From positions 32,001-96,000 of IMG/VR virus record IMGVR_UViG_3300027917_000018: a stretch of 64,000 nt of DNA. One strand, written 5' to 3'. This DNA is from a virus (Duplodnaviria; Caudoviricetes). Below the pieces are notes generated by a model. The model saw nothing but the letters and a program-made list of their open reading frames with translations. It searched no databases and had not been told where the DNA came from. A program made the position numbers and the translations under genes. Within the stretch, counting starts at the first letter, position 1. The number at the start of each line of letters is the position of its first letter. Shown here one piece after another: positions 54,665-62,800 of this stretch.

Positions 54665-55765
54665 ATGCAGCAAATTCTCATTCACCGAAAACAGCGGGAC
54701 CCATTCAATCGGATTCCGAAAACGATCGCCGAAAATCCAGAGCTGACCCTGGCGCAAAAAGGGCTCTTCACCTACCTCCTGGGCAAACCGGAGGGCTGGC
54801 GCATCATCACCAACGACGTGGTCAAGCAAACCAAGGACACCGAGTACAAAGTCCGCAAGGTCATGAACGAGCTGAGAGCGCTGGGTTACATGGCCCTGGT
54901 TAAGGCACGAGAGGGCAGTCAGATCACGGCCTGGATTTGGCTCATCAGCGACGAGCCTATCTTCGCTACGCTTGAAGAGCTGGAAACCCTGGACCGGCAA
55001 TACGAGCTGGCTAATGTGGAATACTCACGCCTGGAACGGCTTAGGAAGAAAAGAGGCCCCAACGGCTCCGCTTCGAGCCAACTTCCTAAAAATCGAGAAG
55101 TTGTCGATTATGATGAGAATTTTCAACATGGGCCGGATCGCCACCATAGTAAGAAAGAGAGTAAGCAAGAACCAAATAAAGCAAGAACCACCACCACTAC
55201 CGCCGCTGGCGCGGGCGGTCCAGCCGCTGGCGCGGCTGGTGGTGGTAGTAGTGTCGCCCTATCGGGCGGGGAGGAGCAGGCTGCAAGCCCGCAGGCCGCA
55301 GGCGAGGAACCCAGCCGCAGGGGCAGGCCAGGTGGCAAGCCCAAACACAAAGAGCTGACCTTGCAGGAGCAGGAGGCAGGCGTCTTCCTGGCTCATTACA
55401 CCACCAAGCTGGGAAGGATGACCCGGAACTTCCAGATTCGGATTTCCCAGGAAACTGTGATCGAAGCCGGGAAGTTCTTCGAGGCGCATGGGCGGTGGGC
55501 AGGTTTGGACATAGTCCTGGTCTGCGCCCTGGCATGGGCCTGTGCCTACCAGAACCGCGCTCCGGGAAAGGGTAATTTCGACCGGTACTTCTACTCCAGG
55601 CGGTATGCCACCCGTCCAGAGAAGCTGTTCCAGGAAATGAACGGCCAAACCGTCATTGAACACATGGCCCACGAGGTCCGCTACGACTTCACCCAAACGT
55701 ACGATCAAGCCTGGGCCACCCTGGAGAGCTTGGTGGCCGAGGTTTCCAAGGGCTGGGGTAGTTAA
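54665..55765 (+). CDS. Helix-turn-helix replication initiator-like protein
   Basis: FNRIP...LTLAQKGLFTYLL...GW...VRKVMNELRALGY N-terminal HTH typical of lambda O/replisome-organiser-type proteins. Confidence 0.6.
   Translation: MQQILIHRKQRDPFNRIPKTIAENPELTLAQKGLFTYLLGKPEGWRIITNDVVKQTKDTEYKVRKVMNELRALGYMALVKAREGSQITAWIWLISDEPIFATLEELETLDRQYELANVEYSRLERLRKKRGPNGSASSQLPKNREVVDYDENFQHGPDRHHSKKESKQEPNKARTTTTTAAGAGGPAAGAAGGGSSVALSGGEEQAASPQAAGEEPSRRGRPGGKPKHKELTLQEQEAGVFLAHYTTKLGRMTRNFQIRISQETVIEAGKFFEAHGRWAGLDIVLVCALAWACAYQNRAPGKGNFDRYFYSRRYATRPEKLFQEMNGQTVIEHMAHEVRYDFTQTYDQAWATLESLVAEVSKGWGS
55163..55235 (+). repeat. Two pairs of short direct repeats inside the initiator-like gene
   Basis: AAGCAAGAACCA at 55163 and 55179; GCCGCTGGCGCGG at 55202 and 55223; preceded by an A-rich tract. 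Confidence 0.6.
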
Positions 55766-55769
55766 GGCA

Positions 55770-56633
55770 ATGGCAGACAAACCAAATCGCCCCGTGCGCG
55801 ACTGGCTCAAGAAGGTGGAGACCACCGGGCCGCTCACCACGCGATTACGGGCCGCCAAAATCAAGGACCCGACGCTGTACGTGGGCGCGGCAATCCGTGA
55901 AAACGGCAGGTACCCGCACTTCGGGGCTTTTGAGCCACAGGTAGAAGTCACCAGTGAGACCCAGGAGTCGGGCGACGAGTTCTATGACGCGATTCACAGC
56001 ACCCTGGTTGAGTGGCTGGCCGAAGAGGTTCAAAGCTTAAACCGCGAGTTTTTCAAAATTCTGGAGACCGAGTACGACTACCAGGTGAGCGATGAGGGCG
56101 TGGCCGACAGCCTGGACGCAAACGAAATGCACTTTGATGCTGATGGCCAGCCCGCCGACCTGAGCCACTACTACCACATCGATCAGTTGCCCAAACCGGT
56201 GGCGGTCAAGGTCATCGGCCTGTACTCGCGGATGTTTGGTAAAACGGAAGAGGAGGTTGCCGAGGCGCTCCTGGCCAACAAGATCAAGTTCGACAAGCGG
56301 GGCAACCGCGTGGACACCGACGAGTTCAAGCGCGTCAGCGAGCTGCCGCCCGAAGTTCGCAAAAAGGTCCTCGAAAAGCATCGTTACTGGAACGTTGAGG
56401 ACAACGACTGGGCGCACTGGCTTCAGGAAAACTTCGCCGAGGAACGCTTGCAGGGCTGGCGGAACCCACAGTTTGAGTGGGAACTTTACGGATCGGTCCA
56501 CGCTGCCCGAATTCTGACGGACAACGTCGACCTGGACACTTTCATTCCCGAGGCGGAAAAGCACCGGCAGAGCCAGTCAAGAAAGCAAACGAGCGAGGCC
56601 CGGCAGGTGGCACAAAGGGTTCTCGTAACATGA
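55770..56633 (+). CDS. Hypothetical protein with internal repeat
   Basis: Start MADKPN at 55770, 5 nt after TAGTTA; repeated E.VA..L.AN...FD..G units. Confidence 0.6.
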   Translation: MADKPNRPVRDWLKKVETTGPLTTRLRAAKIKDPTLYVGAAIRENGRYPHFGAFEPQVEVTSETQESGDEFYDAIHSTLVEWLAEEVQSLNREFFKILETEYDYQVSDEGVADSLDANEMHFDADGQPADLSHYYHIDQLPKPVAVKVIGLYSRMFGKTEEEVAEALLANKIKFDKRGNRVDTDEFKRVSELPPEVRKKVLEKHRYWNVEDNDWAHWLQENFAEERLQGWRNPQFEWELYGSVHAARILTDNVDLDTFIPEAEKHRQSQSRKQTSEARQVAQRVLVT

Positions 56634-57073
56634 AACTCGACGCGGAAACCCATGACTACATCGCCCAACGAGCGCAGTGGTACTTCGACGTTTACCCGGC
56701 GGGCTACCCATACTCGGTTGAGAATTTCGTTCTCACCGGGGACGGCGTGGACGATCTTGATTTCGCCATCACGCGGATCGAGGCGTACGGAACCATCCGC
56801 CCGCCTCGCATTGTCTGCGAGGTCGGCACGAGCGGCACGGTCATGCTCGGGAACGCCTTTCCCAAATATCTTCCCTGCGACGTTGAAGATGTTAGAGCAA
56901 TTCGTGAAGCGTTTATCGCATGGTATGGGACGGTCAACAGGCCGGACATCTACGCGACCGGGACCGGTGCGTCTATGGAGACACCCTGCCAGCCACAAGC
57001 TGTTTGCGTGTGGTGTACCACCGGGTCCCTCACCGGGACTTACGCGGGTACGGTCTTTCCGGGACAATGCTGA
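56630..57073 (+). CDS. Hypothetical protein with Cys-rich C-terminus
   Basis: Start MKLDAE at 56630 (ATGA overlap). Confidence 0.5.
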   Translation: MKLDAETHDYIAQRAQWYFDVYPAGYPYSVENFVLTGDGVDDLDFAITRIEAYGTIRPPRIVCEVGTSGTVMLGNAFPKYLPCDVEDVRAIREAFIAWYGTVNRPDIYATGTGASMETPCQPQAVCVWCTTGSLTGTYAGTVFPGQC

Positions 57074-59103
57074 TGAAGAAGGTTACGGAAGCGGACGGCG
57101 GAGCTGAGCGCGCCCGGCGCGACTTCAAAGCCATGATTCAGGCCCAGCGCGACGCTGAGGCCGCCAAGGCGCGTGCCCGCGAGGCGGAACGGGCCACGGC
57201 CCGCCACCAAAAGGTCTTGGATAACGGGCCGCCGCTGCGGGACGGCGAGGAGGATAACCCGAAGATGATGTGGTTTCGGGAGAACCTGGAATGGGAGCCG
57301 CACCCGGAACTGTGGTGCCCGCCGAGTACTGGCTACAGCGACGGCAGCGGCAGCTTCGTCGAGCGCTCCAACGCCAAGTGGTTCACCGAAAACATGGGTG
57401 AAATCTTCAGCCAGGTCGGCGGCGGCTACGGCACGGTATGGACCGGCATTACCGATGAGGACCGGTGGGTCATCACCGACGAGCAGTTTGAGCAGCTCAA
57501 GGATGTGGTCGAGGGCCTGGAGGGCTACCCCATCATCGACGAGCAGCTCTACAGCGAAATGGAGTACGACGCCTACAACGAGTACTACCAGGGCGAAGGG
57601 CGCAAGGACCTGCGCCAGGCGCTCCTGCAAAGGTTCTCCGGCGACCCCGAGGCGCAGATGGCCGTGCGCTTCAGCTCGGTCGACGCGTTCGACCACCTGG
57701 CCTGGAATAGCGACATCAGCCAGGCTTTTGAGACAGAAACGGGCGGCGGCGTTTACTTTCGGGCCAACGCGGCTGCCGAAGGCTTCAACCGGGACGAGGT
57801 CGTGGACCTGGTCAGCGAGGAGGAGGCCCGCACGGCAATGGCCAGCGCGTGGGCCGAGCGTATTCAGCCTGGGTGGATCGACACGCTGGCTGAGGTTCGA
57901 CGCGACGATGAACGGCTGGTCAACACGGTCGCGGAGCTGGAGCCCTCGTCAGGCTTCAATTTGTTTACGAAATTGATGGTTAAGGTTGGAGCCGACTGGG
58001 AATGGGATCAGCGGGAGGATGAGGCCAGGGACGCGTTCGACATCGATAGTGATTCTATGAAGGAAATGGCGCAGGCACTGGAGCCGGGCATGCTGAGCGG
58101 TCTTCGCCCCGAGGACCCGCGCCAGCTGCGCTTGGCCATCGAGCAGATTCTCAATGGCGAGCCGACCTTCACGCTCTTCGAGGGGTTTAAGGAGAAGAAG
58201 CAGCTTTTCGTCAGCCAAGGCGCGAGCCCCGAGGAAGTCGACGCACTCCTTACCCAGTTCAAGCGCCTGAAGCAACGCGGCCTGCTCCAGGGTGAGGAGG
58301 CCGACATCGACCGGTACACTGACTTGGATTCGCTGCGGCAGGCGGTCGAAGCCGCGTCGCAGAAACAGAGCAAAACGGGGCGCAAGCGGGAGGTTCGGCA
58401 CAAAGAGGCTATCGTGCTCCGGGATGACGAGGAGATGCAGATTGTCGTTCCGAAAACCTGGGCCGCCGCGAAAGCCTACGGCAAGGGGACCAAGTGGTGC
58501 ATCAGCATGAAGGAGTACCCGAGCCACTGGACCGAGTACCACAAGAAGCTCGCCAAGCATTACATGATCTGGAACAAGCGGCTGCCCGCGCCCACGATGG
58601 GCACCCACGGCGAGCCGATCGGCGGCAGCCCGCTCTACAAGATTGCCGTTACGATTTACCCGGACGGCCATTCATCGATCTACAATGCGCAGGACCAGGC
58701 CATCACCGAGCAGGACCTGAAACGAGCCACCGGTTTCAGCCTTTCGGATTTCAAGTCTTGGGAGGAGCACGAGCTTGCGGGCCGCGACCTGTTCCGCCTG
58801 ATGGGCGCGAAGAACGTGCCGTTCCGCGAGCGTGTGGAGCGGATCGGGGCCGAGGGCTGGGCCGAGATGGGCAAGAATGTGGCCATGCGCGAACTGTGGT
58901 CCAGTGACCAGGCCGAGGACCTGAAGGGCAAAAGCAAAGAGGAGGTCGACGCGGCCTGGGACGAGTTCTGGCAGAAGGCCCGGCAGGAGCTGCTGGACTA
59001 CCCGGACGACGAGGACTACGAAAAGAGCCTGAAGTTCTACGTCGAGTCGCTGCGGCTGCCGCCCGGCAAACAGCTGGCACTGCTGGAGGACGCCGATGAA
59101 TAG
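57067..59103 (+). CDS. Large acidic multi-domain protein (jumbo-phage head-protein type)
   Basis: N-terminal ERSN...GLEGYPIIDE domain; C-terminal DIDRY...GKGTKWCIS domain recurrent in large phages. Confidence 0.55.
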   Translation: MLMKKVTEADGGAERARRDFKAMIQAQRDAEAAKARAREAERATARHQKVLDNGPPLRDGEEDNPKMMWFRENLEWEPHPELWCPPSTGYSDGSGSFVERSNAKWFTENMGEIFSQVGGGYGTVWTGITDEDRWVITDEQFEQLKDVVEGLEGYPIIDEQLYSEMEYDAYNEYYQGEGRKDLRQALLQRFSGDPEAQMAVRFSSVDAFDHLAWNSDISQAFETETGGGVYFRANAAAEGFNRDEVVDLVSEEEARTAMASAWAERIQPGWIDTLAEVRRDDERLVNTVAELEPSSGFNLFTKLMVKVGADWEWDQREDEARDAFDIDSDSMKEMAQALEPGMLSGLRPEDPRQLRLAIEQILNGEPTFTLFEGFKEKKQLFVSQGASPEEVDALLTQFKRLKQRGLLQGEEADIDRYTDLDSLRQAVEAASQKQSKTGRKREVRHKEAIVLRDDEEMQIVVPKTWAAAKAYGKGTKWCISMKEYPSHWTEYHKKLAKHYMIWNKRLPAPTMGTHGEPIGGSPLYKIAVTIYPDGHSSIYNAQDQAITEQDLKRATGFSLSDFKSWEEHELAGRDLFRLMGAKNVPFRERVERIGAEGWAEMGKNVAMRELWSSDQAEDLKGKSKEEVDAAWDEFWQKARQELLDYPDDEDYEKSLKFYVESLRLPPGKQLALLEDADE

Positions 59104-59803
59104 CCAGGCCCTCCGTCTCGCCCGATGCCTGCTGGAGCAGAAGTTCAGCTACAGCACAACGCAGATCAATCTGCCGTCGCCGCTCGACGATTTCGTCGTG
59201 AAGTGGGGCCGGATGCACGTGCAGGACCAGGACCTCTACTACTTTGACGATGGCGGCGGTGGCCGTGAAACCGAACCTCATATCACGGTGCTTTACGGGC
59301 TGCTGGAACCCGAGCCCAGCGATGCGCTCCGGCAAATCGTCCGCCGGACTTCGCCCTTCTGGATTCGGTTGGGGCCGACGAGCCTCTTCGAGAACGAGGA
59401 CTTTGACGTGCTCAAGTTTTCCGTGGTGAGCCCCGACTTGGAGGCGCTCAGCGGTGCGATCCGCCAGGCGTGCCCAAACGAGAACAAGTACCCGAAGTAC
59501 ATCCCGCACGCCACAATAGCCTACGTGAAAAAGGGCCGCGCCAAGCACTTGAACGGGCTGTACCCGTTCGAGGGTTATCCGCCCGTTCCCAGCGAGTTCG
59601 AGGCTAACACGTTGATTTTCAGCGCTGCCGGGGATGACGACGACCCGAAGCGCCGAACAGTGAGGCTTCCATTCAACCGGACGAGGAACGAAAGTCTCAA
59701 TCAGGACAGCCCATTCCAGGGTTTATGGTTCCCGGCAGACGCGTCCGAGCTGGCCAGCAAGATTCTCGGACTCAAGAAACAAGACCCAAAGCAGGTTGTT
59801 TAG
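59096..59803 (+). CDS. 2H phosphoesterase, T4 gp57B/Acb1-like
   Basis: Two HxT motifs (PHITV, PHATI), GRETEPH, YIPH.TIAY pattern. Confidence 0.75.
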   Translation: MNSQALRLARCLLEQKFSYSTTQINLPSPLDDFVVKWGRMHVQDQDLYYFDDGGGGRETEPHITVLYGLLEPEPSDALRQIVRRTSPFWIRLGPTSLFENEDFDVLKFSVVSPDLEALSGAIRQACPNENKYPKYIPHATIAYVKKGRAKHLNGLYPFEGYPPVPSEFEANTLIFSAAGDDDDPKRRTVRLPFNRTRNESLNQDSPFQGLWFPADASELASKILGLKKQDPKQVV

Positions 59804-59836
59804 CACTCATCCTGCGAAGGGGTAGTTAGAGCAGGC

Positions 59837-62800
59837 ATGAGCTTAATCAACCTGACCGAAGATTTCCTCTACGACCGGCTGCCCGAGGGGCTGATCCAGC
59901 TGGACGAGAGGGGTCTGATCCAGGCTGTCCTCGGTGGGTTTCAGGACCGCATCGAGGATTTGCGCTTCTACGCCAAGCGCTTCCAAAGCTTCTACACGCC
60001 GATCCCCGAGGCGCTTTATCGCCCAAACGTCGTGCTGGTCACTTATCGCACCGATCAGGGGCGCGACATCACGCGGAGCATTGACCTGGAGACCGAAACG
60101 CCGCAGGACGGGACGAGCGACCTGCTGGTATGGGCCGCCACGCAGCTGAATGTCGATACGGACCGAGTCTCCAACGCCCGCTATGGCGTGGACCCGCTGC
60201 GAGACATCGAACCCAGCCTGCTCGATTACCTGGCCACCAACGTCGGGGCCGTCCTCTACGCCAGCGCGATCCTCAAGGAGAGCCCGTCGGTTACGACCAG
60301 CACGGGCACACTGACCGCCGCCAATTACGCCTACAGTAAGCTCTTGGAGACGTACTTCCCTCGGCTCAAGTTCAAGGGCACGGCCAAGAGCTTCGAGGCG
60401 CTTGGCAAACTGCTGGGATGGGATGACGTGCGGGTCACGCCGCTTTGGGGCCGGGTGAGCCCACGGCTGCCAAACGATCCAGGCAGCGACGTGAACGACC
60501 CGGACTTCTCGGAGATGCCGGAATTCTGGCCGCAGCAAACGATCGGGCCTTTTTACGACCCGCTCGACCAGGCCGATGGGCCTTTTTACGACTGGACCGG
60601 GACCGCGTCGGCGGGCACTGCGTCAACGAAGTTTTACAGCCAGGTCGTAAACGGATTTCAGCCGTACGTGGAGGTTCTCGTGACCGGGACCGCCTCCGGC
60701 ACGGTCATCCAGCACCCGTCCAGCGGCAGTTACGTGCTGGCCGACGGAGCGCCGCACCAAAAGGCGATGGTCGACGCCGGGGACATTCAGTTCCGGGCGC
60801 TGGGCGAGGGCGAAAGCTACAACGGCGTCACGGTCACCGTCTTCGACGTGGTGGACGCGGACTTGCGGGGCGTCAACGTGGATGGACGCCTTTCCTCGAT
60901 CAAGTACCGGACCAGCTTCTACAACCTGGGTCTGACCATCACATCGGAGAAGGCGCAAGCGGTTTTCGGAACCCTGACGGCCAAGGCCAACAAGGACCTG
61001 GCGGTCGCGCCCCACGAGTACCAGAGCTTTGTCGGCAACCTCACGGCGGTCAGCCCCTACCGGCCATTCACCAGCGGCACCGTGGCCCTGGACACGCTGA
61101 CCACGGACTGGCTGACGCCGTTTACCGGGACGATTTCAACCTACACCGAGCGTCGGGAAGCCGGGTTGGGCGATCGGCAGGAGAATTGGGACGACCTGTC
61201 CCGCGCCGGAGCCCAGGCCACGCAGGCGCTGGAGGAAGTGCGGGCCGCCACCCGGCGTCCTCGCGTCAGCTCCTTCGGCTATCTGCAAAAGGACCAGGTG
61301 GGCTACGCGCCCTATCCGGCGCAGGACTGCCTGTTTACACTTTACGGTTCGATCGTCGCGGGGACGTATCACGGCACGTTCAGCACTTACCCGCTGCCGC
61401 CCTATTACGCCGACGTAGGCTATGTGAGCGGTGGCTTTGTGACCGTTTTCGACGCGGGGACCAATCCGGCCTTTCCAGGCATCGTCACCTATCAAAATTG
61501 CGCGGACGGCGGGACGATCGCGGGTACGATCGGCTACACCGGCACAGGCACGAACTCCTATTTGTTTACGGCGACGGGCACGTGGCCTCAATGGGGTACT
61601 GTTTGTGCGCTGTTCACGGTGACCGACACTGAAGTTGTCCGGCCAGAGCCCTTCAGTTGGTCGACCGGCACGACGGTCCTGGCTGCCTTGGCGGATTACG
61701 GCCTGGCGGGCACGAACCACGATGAGGTCGCCGCGCTCATCAACAGCTGGAGCCCGCAGGCGGTCGTGGCGATGGGCGACAACAACTACCCGGACGGACA
61801 GGCGGCCACGATTGCGGCCAATAACGTCGGGTACGAGAGCTACATTGTCAGCGACCGTTTCTTCCCGGCGATCGGCAACCACGATTACTGCTGCTCCTCG
61901 ACCGGGACCGACCTCACGCCGCACCTGACCTATTTCTTTGACGGCACCGCTCCAGGCGAAGGTGGTCGCTACTACAGCCGCCGGATCGGCAACGTCGAAA
62001 TCTTCTGCCTCAACGCGGGCTGGAACAGCAGCCAGGCAGCGGCAGCCGTCGGCGACCCTTATTACGTGACCACGCAGGAGCCCAGCGGGAACAGCCTGAC
62101 CAGCACCCAGGCGCTCTGGCTCAAGCAGGCCCTCCAGGAATCGACGGCGACGTGGAAAATCGTTTACAGCCATTACCCGCCCTACGCGTCGGAGACCACA
62201 ACGAACAACTATGCGCCCGGTTACCCAAGGCTGCGCTGGCCGTTCAAGGCGTGGGGTGCTGATCTGTACCTGGCCGGGCACGTTCACGCCTACGAGCGGC
62301 TGGAGGTCGATGGCCTGACCTACATTACGTGCGGCGTGGGCGGGGCGGGAAATCGCGTCTTCGACGGTTACGTGTCTCCAGGGAGCGTGGTCCGCTATGC
62401 GCCCTTGGGCGCAACGACCGAGCATGGGGCGCTCCGCATCTTCGCGACCGGCCAAGGGCTCCAGATTGATTTCATTCTCGACACCGGCCAGGTCATCGAC
62501 CGCGTGTTCTTGGACGCCACCAAGAAGTATCTGGCGCGGCCCGAGGACGAGATTGACGACGATGAGGTCTACGGCACCGCCGACATGTACCCGTGGCGGC
62601 GCGACATCGTGGGCAACGGCGAGCTGGTCGAGCAGGACTACTACACGGCTGGCACCAACAACCTGGCCGTCTCGATCCTGGAGAAGACCATGACCGTGCC
62701 GGACCAGACCGGTGCGGAATACGACGTTTACGCGATTAAAGGCCAGGAGCCTTACCGTCTGGTGGCGGCGCTTCGCGCCACGAGTCCGGCCTCGGATTAC

